From Acidobacteriota bacterium (GTDB lineage Bacteria > Acidobacteriota > Thermoanaerobaculia > UBA5066 > Gp7-AA6), in NCBI GenBank assembly GCA_046725935.1, contig JBKOZO010000073.1, positions 9,341 through 73,340 on the forward strand: 64,000 nucleotides of DNA. The letters are read 5' to 3'. The position numbers were made by a program, and so were the translations under genes. Positions within the stretch are counted from its first letter, which is position 1. Each line of letters begins with the position of its first letter. Under the pieces are notes generated by a model. It was not told the DNA's origin and made no database searches. It saw only the letters and a program-made list of their open reading frames with translations. Of the stretch, positions 20,408 through 28,502 are shown piece after piece.

Positions 20408-20607
20408 GGTTCCTCCCTGTTGTGCGACGGTTCGGGTTTCGAGTCGGGATGAACGCGGGGCTCGCGGATCGTGCGGGGCTCGCCCGGACGGCGTGGGTCG
20501 ACGGCGGGAACTTCCTTCCCCGGCTCATCGATCACCGGCTCCTGCGCCTCCGGGGGCTCCTCGCGGGGCGCGGACGGACGGGACGGCTGGGGGTCGCGAG
20601 CGTCCAT
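20404..20607 (-). CDS. 67-aa Pro/Glu/Arg-rich intrinsically disordered protein
   Basis: SD GGAGGA lies 4 nt before the ATG, and the stop overlaps the ferritin-like start. It is the first cistron after a sigma-54-like motif. I recognise no domain. Confidence 0.4.
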   Translation of the reverse strand: MDARDPQPSRPSAPREEPPEAQEPVIDEPGKEVPAVDPRRPGEPRTIREPRVHPDSKPEPSHNREEP

Positions 20608-20627
20608 GGATCCTCCGAACTGTTCGC

Positions 20628-20643
20628 TTCAAGAATCGTGCCG
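20628..20643 (-). promoter_or_regulatory. Candidate sigma-54 promoter for the IDP/ferritin-like operon
   Basis: The coding strand reads CGGCACGattcTTGAA. The -24 element is perfect and the -12 element has GA instead of GC. The predicted TSS falls on the SD. Confidence 0.5.
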
Positions 20644-20656
20644 CCAGCGAAACTCC

Positions 20657-20672
20657 CGGCGTCATTCTTGCA
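20657..20672 (+). promoter_or_regulatory. Candidate sigma-54 promoter for the metallophosphoesterase-GDPD operon
   Basis: CGGCGTCattcTTGCA has exact spacing, and its spacer attc-TTG mirrors the divergent motif. The leader would be only about 6 nt. Confidence 0.4.
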
Positions 20673-20688
20673 ACCCCGAACCCGGAAC

Positions 20689-21657
20689 ATGACGGAAGGA
20701 AATCCGACGGTCGAAGGATCCGGAGGCCTGCGCGGGCGGCTCTCCCCGCCTCAACCGGCGCCCGTCGAGCCCGATCGCATCCCCGTCCGGACCGGATCTT
20801 TCGCCGTGGTGGGAGACCTCCAGCCCACGTCGGGGTTCGAGGTCTGGCGGGAGTCGAACACCAATGAGCGCCGCGCGATCCTGCGCGAAGTCTCGGAGGA
20901 GAAGCCGGACTTCGTGGCGCTCCTCGGAGACCTGGTCTTCTGCGGCTCATCGGCCGCGGCGTGGACCGACTTCGACCGCCTCTGCGGACCGCTGAAGAGC
21001 GGAGGAATCCCGGCCTACCCGGTCCTGGGCAACCACGAGTACTGGGTCTATCGCCGGCCGGCCCTCGCCAACTACTTCAAGCGGTTCCCGCACCTGCGCC
21101 GCCGGCACTGGTATTCGGCGGTCTACGGCCCGCTCGGCCTGGTCTTTCTGGACTCGAATCTGCGCTGGCTTCCCGCCGCGGACTGGCGCGACCAGAAGGA
21201 CTGGTTCGTACGAACGCTCGCTTCGTGGGACGCCGACGCGGGGATCCGCGGGATTCTCGTGCTGCTTCACCACCCGCCGTTCACCAACAGCCGCGTCACC
21301 TCCGATGCCCTTCCCGTCCAGCGCGACTTCGTGCCGGCCTTCGGGCGCTCGCCAAAAACGCTGGCCATGATCTCCGGCCACGTCCACAGCTACGAGCGTT
21401 TCCTCCGGGACGGAAAGACCTTTCTCGTCGCCGGGGGCGGCGGAGGTCCGCGCGCTCCCCTGGCCGAAGGCCGCCGGCGCCGACACGCCGACGACCTCTT
21501 CTCCGGCGGCACGCTCCGCGCGTTTCACTATCTGCGCTTTCGCCCGGAGGAGTCGGGGCTCGAGGCCGAAGTCCGCGGAATCGAGAAGGACGGCTCCCAT
21601 TTCGAAACGATCGACCGCTTTCGTCTGGCCTGGCCCTCCGCGGGGTCGGGCGCGTGA
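20689..21657 (+). CDS. Metallophosphoesterase (calcineurin-like)
   Basis: Motifs GDLVFCG, GNHEYW, LLHHPPF and GHVHSYERF are present. The internal ATG at 20689 is preferred. Confidence 0.8.
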   Translation: MTEGNPTVEGSGGLRGRLSPPQPAPVEPDRIPVRTGSFAVVGDLQPTSGFEVWRESNTNERRAILREVSEEKPDFVALLGDLVFCGSSAAAWTDFDRLCGPLKSGGIPAYPVLGNHEYWVYRRPALANYFKRFPHLRRRHWYSAVYGPLGLVFLDSNLRWLPAADWRDQKDWFVRTLASWDADAGIRGILVLLHHPPFTNSRVTSDALPVQRDFVPAFGRSPKTLAMISGHVHSYERFLRDGKTFLVAGGGGGPRAPLAEGRRRRHADDLFSGGTLRAFHYLRFRPEESGLEAEVRGIEKDGSHFETIDRFRLAWPSAGSGA

Positions 21658-22631
21658 GCCAACTCGGGCATTCCGGGCTCCCCCATCGGGTCTCGTCGAT
21701 CCTCCGCGGCTGGCTGCACCCCGGGTTTCCCGCCGCCGCCCGACGACGGCCGTGCGTCGTCGTCGGACACCGCGGCGCGGCCCGGCTGGAGCCGGAGAAC
21801 ACGATCGCGTCGTTCCGGCGCGCGGTCGCACTCGGCGCGGACGCCATCGAGACCGATCTCTCGTTCACCGCCGACGGCCGTTTCGCCCTGTGGCACGACG
21901 CCGATCCGGACGAAAGGGTGGCCCTCGCGAGGCAGCTCGGCACCGAGCGGCTCGCCTACCGTCCATGTGTTCCGCCCGTCGGCTCGCCCGCGCGCAAACC
22001 CGTACGCCTCCTGCGCGCGGAAGAGCTCCTTGCGCACTACGCCTACGTCCGCAATGAGCTGTCGGAGATTCCCGTCGGCGGGCCGGCGCGCGCCGGCGTC
22101 GAGATGCTCGACGATCTGCTGGCGTGGACGACGACGACGTCCGCGCTGCGCAACGTCTTCCTGGACATCAAGCTCGCCGAGGACCAGACCGAGGCCGCCG
22201 CGGCGCTGGTCACCCTTCTCCGGGCGCGCCGCGACGCAAAGAGCGGGATGACGTTCCACCTGCTGAGCCCGCAGGCGGAGATCGTGCGGACTCTCGTCCA
22301 GGCCGCGAGGAGCGAAGATCCGGGCTTTCTCCGCGTCAGCGCCGACTTCGAGCTGCCCGGAGCCGCGGAGACCGGCCCGCGGACCGGAGCCCCGGACGTC
22401 AGCCTCGGCTGCGGCGGGAGGTTCTGGTCGGGCTTTCGCTACGACGTCGGCCAGGCCCTGCTCGCCCGAGACCGCGGCCGGATCGAGTGGGTCGTGGCCT
22501 GGACGATCAACGGCCGCCGCAAGCTGGAACCGCTGGTGAAGGCCGGCATCGACGGCGTGCTCACCGACGAGTCAGACGTCCTGCGGAAGATCGTCGAGTC
22601 GGAGCGAGGGGGAGTGGCCGCAGCTGCCTAG
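21654..22631 (+). CDS. Glycerophosphodiester phosphodiesterase family protein
   Basis: The GTG start overlaps the upstream stop (GTGA). Motifs GHRGAARLEPENT and ETDLSFTADG are present. Confidence 0.75.
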   Translation: MSQLGHSGLPHRVSSILRGWLHPGFPAAARRRPCVVVGHRGAARLEPENTIASFRRAVALGADAIETDLSFTADGRFALWHDADPDERVALARQLGTERLAYRPCVPPVGSPARKPVRLLRAEELLAHYAYVRNELSEIPVGGPARAGVEMLDDLLAWTTTTSALRNVFLDIKLAEDQTEAAAALVTLLRARRDAKSGMTFHLLSPQAEIVRTLVQAARSEDPGFLRVSADFELPGAAETGPRTGAPDVSLGCGGRFWSGFRYDVGQALLARDRGRIEWVVAWTINGRRKLEPLVKAGIDGVLTDESDVLRKIVESERGGVAAAA

Positions 22632-23188
22632 GCGTCGAGCGCGTCGCCCGACAGTCTTCGGACCGGGGCGACCTCCGGCCGAGGCTCCCGCGAGCCTCGC
22701 CGGACGTACTCGTCGAAGAGCACGACCGGAGCGGGTTTGTCGACCCGCATGAAATGCGCCGACCGCGCCTCGACGGCGATCAGGACGATGCGGGGATCTT
22801 CGGGACCCCCGTCGCGCACGCCGCCCTCGTCGGGGAACCAGACCTTCCAGGTCGGTTCGTAGAGCTCGCGGATCTTGGACCGGTCGCGGACCACGCGCGC
22901 CACGCCGGATACGGAGACCCATTCACGGGTCCGGTCCTTGTAGTACGCGAGATTGACGTTCGGCTCCGCGACGATCTCCGCGAGCTTGGGAGAGGATTCC
23001 CGCCCGACGAACCAGAAATGCGCGCCGTCCGCCCGGCGCTGCGTGGCCATCGGGCGAGACACGAGGCTCCCGTCCCGGCGCCGCGTCGTCATCATCGCGA
23101 CTTCGATGTCCTCGATCAGCTCGTACAGCTGGTCGACCTCGTCGAAGATCGCCGCGGCGGGACCCGCGTCGGGAGCCTTTCGGCTCAC
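22628..23188 (-). CDS. Pyridoxamine 5'-phosphate oxidase-fold protein (general stress protein 26-like)
   Basis: The GTG start overlaps the upstream stop. The sequence (VAMMTTRRRDGSLVSRPM...FWF...) is typical of the PNPOx/GSP26 family. Confidence 0.78.
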   Translation of the reverse strand: MSRKAPDAGPAAAIFDEVDQLYELIEDIEVAMMTTRRRDGSLVSRPMATQRRADGAHFWFVGRESSPKLAEIVAEPNVNLAYYKDRTREWVSVSGVARVVRDRSKIRELYEPTWKVWFPDEGGVRDGGPEDPRIVLIAVEARSAHFMRVDKPAPVVLFDEYVRRGSREPRPEVAPVRRLSGDALDA

Positions 23189-23796
23189 AGCATCTCCTCC
23201 CGGGACTGCCTCGCCCGGGCGGCTCCGATCGCCGTCTTGACCTCTTTCTCCTCTTCGGGCGGGGGCAGCACCGCCGGCATTCCGAGCGCCTGGATCCAGA
23301 GCTCGCGGGCCCATCCGGTCGTGTGGTACAGGTGCTCGTCCTCCTGCTCCTCGACCTCGGCGTGGGCCTGCTTGAGCGCGCCCGCTTCCTCGCCCCGGCG
23401 TTTGTCGGCGTACTCGCCCATGAGCTCCCAGTTCAGGTGGTCCTTCGTCTCGGCGAGAACGACGCACTCCGCGGCGAGGACCTGGGCGGCGTCGGGATTT
23501 CCGGCGTTGATCGCCAGGCGCATCGCTTCGACGAGCGCGGTCCCGATCTTGCGAACGGCCTGCCGTCCCGGCGTCTCCTGGTCCGGATCGAAGCCGATCT
23601 TCTCCAGCAGCTCCCGCATGATGCGAACGTGGTTCTGCGTCTGCTCCAGATACTCCTGCCACTCACGCGCCAGATCCTCGTTGACCGCGCACTGGAGGGC
23701 GGTCGTGTAGACCTGGACGCCGCCGAGCTCGGTCTCCAAGGACTGGTACAGCAAGTCCTTGAGCTGCTCCTTGGCAGTGAGTCGTCTCACGCTCAT
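23185..23796 (-). CDS. Ferritin-like four-helix-bundle stress protein (YciE/DUF892-like?)
   Basis: 203 aa starting at MSVRRL with SD GGAAAGGGGGAA. It has a helical repeat pattern with E/H ligand-like positions. The family assignment is tentative. Confidence 0.6.
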   Translation of the reverse strand: MSVRRLTAKEQLKDLLYQSLETELGGVQVYTTALQCAVNEDLAREWQEYLEQTQNHVRIMRELLEKIGFDPDQETPGRQAVRKIGTALVEAMRLAINAGNPDAAQVLAAECVVLAETKDHLNWELMGEYADKRRGEEAGALKQAHAEVEEQEDEHLYHTTGWARELWIQALGMPAVLPPPEEEKEVKTAIGAARARQSREEML

Positions 23797-23825
23797 GGTT
23801 CCCCCTTTCCCTTCCGGGTCGAAAA

Positions 23826-23841
23826 TGCACGCCGCGTGCCA
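23826..23841 (-). promoter_or_regulatory. Candidate sigma-54 promoter for the ferritin-like/PNPOx operon
   Basis: The coding strand reads TGGCACGcggcGTGCA with exact spacing. The predicted TSS is about 23815, 19 nt before the ATG. Confidence 0.65.
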
Positions 23842-23850
23842 GCGCACCGC

Positions 23851-24220
23851 TCACGTTTGGGAGCGCGCGAGGCCCAGGATTCGTTCCACGATCCGCTCGC
23901 GCCACGGCCGGTTTCGCCACTCTTCGAGGGTGAAAACGTTCGGGTCAGCTGCTGCGCAAAGTCGCGGTCCAGCGCGGTCCAGCAGGACGTGCACCTCGAC
24001 GCCGGCGCGGGCCCGCTCGCTCAGGGCCTCCGCGAACTGCTCGCCGATCGAGCCGGACAAGTAGATGTAGGTCTCGAAGGTGATCGTCCGCCGGGCCCCG
24101 CGGATCGCCTCGAGCATGGCATCGAGCGCACGAGATCCGACGGTCGATCTTGCGTTCACTCCAGGAGAGATTCTGCGCGAGAAGGACGACCGCGAGCGCC
24201 GCCACGACCGCGCCCAGCAC
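23851..24220 (-). pseudogene. Degraded phospholipase D/cardiolipin synthase-like gene (frameshift plus large internal deletion)
   Basis: One frame gives a TM helix plus NLSWSERKIDRR. A second frame gives ALDAMLEAIRGARRTITFETYIYLSGSIGEQFAEALSERARAGVEVHVLLD (N-terminal PLD half), joined directly to a C-terminal tail FTLEEWRNRPWRERI. Both HKD cores are missing. Confidence 0.55.
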
Positions 24221-24404
24221 GGCGAGGACCGGTTTTTCGGCCTTTCGTCACACTGCCTCGAGGCGGCTCTCGCCCCGGCCCTCACCGCACCGTCCGCCGG
24301 ACAGGGAACTCCGCCCCCCTTTATTCAGGAGGACGGGTCCGCGCTGGCGGGATGTGACTGGCAGGACGGGCTTGAGTTTCCTGAGAGCCCTTGCCCAGTC
24401 TTTA

Positions 24405-24420
24405 AGCAAAACAGGTGCCA
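24405..24420 (-). promoter_or_regulatory. Candidate sigma-54 promoter pointing at the PLD/cls pseudogene
   Basis: The coding strand reads TGGCACctgttTTGCT, a perfect consensus match. Confidence 0.6.
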
Positions 24421-24592
24421 GCGGTCGACGTCCTTCGGCGGTTCGCAGGGCTACTTCCAGGGGATCCTCCTTCGCGGAACGGCCCGTGCACCCGCTCGGT
24501 GCGCTCCGGAGAGCCCATCGCGATGGCCGCTTGGTGAATCGATTTCCGGAGCTTGCTGAGCAAAGCGTTCCGCGCAAGCGGCGAGAATCCCA

Positions 24593-24608
24593 TGGCACCC
24601 GCGTTGCA
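24593..24608 (+). promoter_or_regulatory. Candidate sigma-54 promoter for the low-affinity iron permease-family gene
   Basis: TGGCACccgcgTTGCA is a perfect match. The predicted TSS is about 24619, just before SD GGAGG and the ATG at 24632. Confidence 0.7.
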
Positions 24609-24631
24609 GCTCGAAAATCGGAGGCGGGAGC

Positions 24632-25171
24632 ATGAGAAGCAAGCCTGCACACGCCGTGGGTGAGCGCCCCGAAGCGGCGAAGAGCGCGCGGCGCGGTCAG
24701 AAGACTAAGCCGGAAAGCCGGTCCGGACGCGTCGGGCACGCTCTCGAGAAGTTCTCCCTGGCGGCGACCGAACGGGCCGGGAGCTCCTGGGCGTTCGCGG
24801 TGGCCGTCGCGGTCATTCTCGCCTGGGTCGTGACGGGACCGATCTTCCACTTCTCGGATACGTGGCAACTCGTCATCAACACGGGCACGACGATCATCAC
24901 GTTCCTGATGGTCTTCCTGATCCAGCGCGCCCAGAACAAGGAAGGTAAGGCCGTCCAGCTGAAGTTGAACGAGATCGTCGCGGCCATCAAGGGAGCGAGC
25001 AACCGCCTCATCGACGTCGAGAGTCTGTCGGAGGACGAGATCTGCACGCTCAAGCTTCACTACGCCGAGATCGCGAAGCTTGCCGCCGCTCGGGGCGGGA
25101 TCCTCGAGTCGCACTCGATCGACGAAGCGCGGGCCCGCGACGAAGAAAAGCACGGCAGTAAGGCGAAGTGA
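24632..25171 (+). CDS. Low-affinity iron permease family membrane protein (Pfam04120-like)
   Basis: It contains SWAFAVAVAVILAWVVTGPIFHFSDTWQLVINTGTTIITFLMVFLIQRAQNKE, which is characteristic of this family. Confidence 0.82.
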   Translation: MRSKPAHAVGERPEAAKSARRGQKTKPESRSGRVGHALEKFSLAATERAGSSWAFAVAVAVILAWVVTGPIFHFSDTWQLVINTGTTIITFLMVFLIQRAQNKEGKAVQLKLNEIVAAIKGASNRLIDVESLSEDEICTLKLHYAEIAKLAAARGGILESHSIDEARARDEEKHGSKAK

Positions 25172-25394
25172 CGCGCTAGGCCTCTTTTTTCAGCTTCAAA
25201 GCAAGTTTCTCAGCGGCACCGTCCCAACAGTTCGCGGCGCGGCGCGAATAGTCTCCCGAGCGGAGCGAGGGAAGAGGTTCGCGCCGCGGGAGCCGCAGCG
25301 CAGCGAGGAGACCAGGGCTGCGGTCGAGTCCGCAGCCGGACGAGCCGCGGCCGAGTGCCCGCAGGGCAGGTCTCCTCGCCAGCGTAGGCGACGG

Positions 25395-25580
25395 TCAGCG
25401 CAGGGAGTTTGCGACCTTGCGGGCGCCCGCAAGCCCCAGGACGAGGAACACGAGGAACAGGATCGCGAAGATCGCGGCGAGCACCTTCGCGATCGCGAAC
25501 GACGTGCCGGCGACCCCGGTGAAGCCCAGGAGCGCCGCCACCAGTCCGATCACGAAGAACGTCAAAGCGAGTTTCAACAC
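25395..25580 (-). CDS. DUF1328 (YtjA-like) small membrane protein
   Basis: (M)LKLALTFFVIGLVAALLGFTGVAGTSFAIAKVLAAIFAILFLVFLVL matches the DUF1328 pattern. The GTG start at 25580 is preferred over 25586. Confidence 0.8.
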   Translation of the reverse strand: MLKLALTFFVIGLVAALLGFTGVAGTSFAIAKVLAAIFAILFLVFLVLGLAGARKVANSLR

Positions 25581-25604
25581 CGGCACCCCCCCGGCGCGGG
25601 AATC

Positions 25605-25620
25605 TGCAAGAGGAGTGCCC
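25605..25620 (-). promoter_or_regulatory. Candidate sigma-54 promoter for the DUF1328 gene
   Basis: The coding strand reads GGGCACtcctcTTGCA with exact spacing. It lies back-to-back with the SOD motif in a 108-bp spacer. Confidence 0.6.
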
Positions 25621-25654
25621 GGGGGCCGCCGGGATACGCTTGACGCTCCGGCTC

Positions 25655-25670
25655 CGGCACGCTTTTCGCT
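25655..25670 (+). promoter_or_regulatory. Candidate sigma-54 promoter for the superoxide dismutase gene
   Basis: CGGCACGctttTCGCT has exact spacing. The predicted TSS is about 25681, at SD GAGGGAGG. Confidence 0.6.
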
Positions 25671-25694
25671 CCGACAGCCGGAGGGAGGACTCTC

Positions 25695-26324
25695 ATGCCC
25701 GTCTACAAGCTACCGGATCTCCGATACGACTACGGCGCTCTCGAGCCCCACATCACGGGGAAGATCATGGAACTGCACCACGACAAGCACCACGCCGGCT
25801 ACGTCAAGGGCGCCAACGACACCCTCGAAAAGCTCGACGCCGCTCGCGACGCCCGCGACTTTTCCAAGGTGGCCGGCCTCGAGAAGGCGCTGGCCTTCAA
25901 CCTCTCCGGCCACGTTCTGCACTCGCTGTTCTGGCAGAACCTGTCGCCCAAGGCGGGCGGCCGCCCCGAAGGCGACCTCGCCGAAGCGATCGACCGCGAC
26001 TTCGGCAGCTTCGACGTGTTCCGGAAACAGCTGACCGAGGTCGCCTCGACGATCATGGGATCGGGATGGGCGGCGCTGGTCTGGGAACCGCTCGCGGGAC
26101 GTCTCCTGACCACGCAGATCTACGACCACCAGTCGAACCTGGCCCAGGCGGGCGTTCCGATCTTGGTTCTCGACGCGTGGGAACACGCCTTCTATCTCCA
26201 GTACCAGAACCGCAAGACGGAGTTCTTCGAAGCGGTGTGGAGCGTCTGGAACTGGGAAGACGTGGCCGAACGCTTCGCGTCCGTTCGGCAGCTGGACGTT
26301 TCGCTCGAAGGCGTGGCGCGCTAG
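25695..26324 (+). CDS. sod: Fe/Mn-family superoxide dismutase
   Basis: 209 aa with HHDKHH and DAWEHAFYLQYQN metal-ligand motifs. Confidence 0.95.
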   Translation: MPVYKLPDLRYDYGALEPHITGKIMELHHDKHHAGYVKGANDTLEKLDAARDARDFSKVAGLEKALAFNLSGHVLHSLFWQNLSPKAGGRPEGDLAEAIDRDFGSFDVFRKQLTEVASTIMGSGWAALVWEPLAGRLLTTQIYDHQSNLAQAGVPILVLDAWEHAFYLQYQNRKTEFFEAVWSVWNWEDVAERFASVRQLDVSLEGVAR

Positions 26325-26336
26325 CGCGAACGCGGA

Positions 26337-26362
26337 CTCCGGGCGGCTCAAGCCGCCCGGAG
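26337..26362. terminator. 11-bp GC hairpin between the convergent SOD and small lipoprotein genes (bidirectional terminator candidate)
   Basis: The hairpin is ctccgggcggc-tcaa-gccgcccggag. No strong U-tract is present on either side. Confidence 0.45.
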
Positions 26363-26379
26363 CTCCGGATCTTCGAGAC

Positions 26380-26568
26380 TCAGTGCGCCGGGGTCGGGGT
26401 CACGTCGGTCGTGACCGTCGTCGTCGTCTCCGTCGTGGTGGAGGCGCCGCCCGGCGTGGCTTCGGTCTTGGTCTGCGTGTCCGTCGTCGTGGTGGTGGTT
26501 TCCCTCTTCTGGCATCCGACGGACGCGGCGAGGATGAAAATTCCGGCCAGGGCGAGAATCCTTTTCAT
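26380..26568 (-). CDS. 62-aa Thr-rich lipoprotein
   Basis: It has SD AAGAGGAG and signal/lipobox LAASVGC. The mature part is about 50% Thr (TTTTTTDTQTKTE...TTTETTTTVTTD). Confidence 0.55.
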   Translation of the reverse strand: MKRILALAGIFILAASVGCQKRETTTTTTDTQTKTEATPGGASTTTETTTTVTTDVTPTPAH

Positions 26569-26617
26569 GGTTCAAACTCCTCTTGTGAATGCGGCTTCGC
26601 GCGCCGAAGCGTCTAAG

Positions 26618-26633
26618 TGCAAGATCCGTTCCC
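26618..26633 (-). promoter_or_regulatory. Candidate sigma-54 promoter for the Thr-rich lipoprotein gene
   Basis: The coding strand reads GGGAACGgatcTTGCA with exact spacing. The 39-nt leader contains the hairpin gcttcg-gcgc-cgaagc. Confidence 0.55.
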
Positions 26634-26666
26634 GCCAAACCGATTCCGGCCCCCCGGCGCCGGGAC

Positions 26667-28502
26667 TCACTCCTCCTCGTCGGGGGTCCCCCGAGGCCGC
26701 TCGTCCAGCGCGCGGCTGATGTTGACCGCCGCGGAGATGAGCCCCAGGTGCGTCAGGGCCTGCGGAAAATTGCCGAGCGCCTCGCCCGTCAGGCTGATTT
26801 CCTCGGCGTACAGGCCGACGTGGTTAGCATATCCCAGCATCTTTTCGAACGTCATCCGCGCCTCGTCGACACGGCCGGCCCGGGCAAGGACCTCGGCCAG
26901 CCAGAACGTGCAGATCGAGAAGGTCCCTTCGTCGCCCTCCAGCCCGTCGGGTGAGACGCGCGGGTCGTAGCGGCGCACGAGGTGGTCGCTCTCGAGCTCG
27001 CGCCGGATCGCGTCGAGGGTGCCCAGCATCCGCGGTTCCGAGGGCGCGACGAACTTCACCAGCGGCGCCAGCAGCAGCGAGGCGTCCAGGACTTCCGAGT
27101 CGAGCTTCTGGACGAAGGCGTTCTTCCTGTGCGAGAAGCCCTTGTCCATGATGACGTCGTAGATCGCGTCGCGCTCCTTGATCCAGCGGTCGATCCGGGC
27201 CGGGAATCCCCGGCGGCTGGCCACGCGGAGCGCGCGGTCGAGCGCGACCCAGCACATCAGCTTCGAGAACGTGAACTGGCCCCTTCCGCCCCGAACCTCC
27301 CAGATCCCTTCATCCGGTTGCTGCCAGCGGTCGCAGACCCAGTCGGTCAGGCGGCGCATCGCCACCCAGAGGCCGTGCGAGATCGGCTGGCAGTACTTGT
27401 CGTAGAGGAAGACCGCGTCCATCAGATCCCCGACCGTGTCGAGCTGGAACTGCCGCGCGGCGTCGTTGCCGGCGCGCACGGGAGCCGAGCCCCGGTAGCC
27501 CTCGAGGTGGCCCAGGATCTCCTCGGGGATGTCGATACCTCCATCCACCCGGTAGAGCACCTGCAGGCCCGCCTCGGGACCGAGCTCCCGGACGCGCTCC
27601 TCGAGGAAGTGCAGAAACCGTTCGGCCTCCTCCGTGAACCCGACTCGCAGGAACGCGTAGACGGTGAACGCCGCGTCGCGCACCCATGCGTATCGGTAGT
27701 CCCAGTTGCGCCCGCCGCCGATGCGCTCGGGAAGGGACATCGTGGGCGCCGCGACGATCGCGCCGGTCGGGGCGAAGGTCAGCAGTTTCAGCGCGAGGCA
27801 GGAGCGCTTGACCATCTCCCGCCAGCGCCCCTGATACTCGCTGCGGGAGATCCACGACTGCCAGAACCGCAGCGTGCGCCGGAACTCGGCGTCGCAGCGC
27901 GCGGCCAGCGACTCCAGCGGCGGAGGATTTCCGTCGGTCTGGCAAAGCACGACCGGGATCTCGTCGCCTTCGTTCAGGACGAACTCGCAGCGCGCGCCGC
28001 CCCCGTCCGGACGCTCGAGCTTGAGCGGCGTGACCAGATCCACGGACAGCGCCTTTCCCGCGAAGCGCACGCCGGACGGCGTGACCTCGACCCGCGGGAT
28101 CTCGCGCGCGTAGTCGAAGGCGGGACGGCACTCGAGGAGGAACGGCAGCGTTCCGCGGACGCCGCGCACGATCCGGATGATCCGGTGATCCTCGGTCTTC
28201 TTGGCTCCGGGGTGCGCGTGCACCGGCATCAGGTCCACGACCTCTCCCACGCCGTCGGGGGTCAGGAACCGCGTCATGAGGACGTTGGAGTCGGGCAGGT
28301 ACATCTGGCGCCGCCGTGCGTCGGGAGACGTCGCGGCGATGCGGAAGAAGCCGCCCCTGGCGTCGTCCAGGATCGACGCGAACAGGCTGGGCGAATCGAA
28401 GCGCGGCAGGCAGAGCCAGTCGATCGTCCCGTCCAGGGCGACGAGCGCGGCGGTGTGAAGGTCTCCGATGACCCCGTGGTGCTCGATCGGCAGGTAGCTC
28501 AC
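26667..28502 (-). CDS. Glycoside hydrolase family 15 protein (glucoamylase/trehalase-type)
   Basis: The N-terminus is YLPIEHHGVIGDLHTAALV. It has the WDYRYAWVRDAAF motif and an (alpha/alpha)6 C-terminal region. The GTG start overlaps the otsA stop. Confidence 0.88.
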   Translation of the reverse strand: MSYLPIEHHGVIGDLHTAALVALDGTIDWLCLPRFDSPSLFASILDDARGGFFRIAATSPDARRRQMYLPDSNVLMTRFLTPDGVGEVVDLMPVHAHPGAKKTEDHRIIRIVRGVRGTLPFLLECRPAFDYAREIPRVEVTPSGVRFAGKALSVDLVTPLKLERPDGGGARCEFVLNEGDEIPVVLCQTDGNPPPLESLAARCDAEFRRTLRFWQSWISRSEYQGRWREMVKRSCLALKLLTFAPTGAIVAAPTMSLPERIGGGRNWDYRYAWVRDAAFTVYAFLRVGFTEEAERFLHFLEERVRELGPEAGLQVLYRVDGGIDIPEEILGHLEGYRGSAPVRAGNDAARQFQLDTVGDLMDAVFLYDKYCQPISHGLWVAMRRLTDWVCDRWQQPDEGIWEVRGGRGQFTFSKLMCWVALDRALRVASRRGFPARIDRWIKERDAIYDVIMDKGFSHRKNAFVQKLDSEVLDASLLLAPLVKFVAPSEPRMLGTLDAIRRELESDHLVRRYDPRVSPDGLEGDEGTFSICTFWLAEVLARAGRVDEARMTFEKMLGYANHVGLYAEEISLTGEALGNFPQALTHLGLISAAVNISRALDERPRGTPDEEE

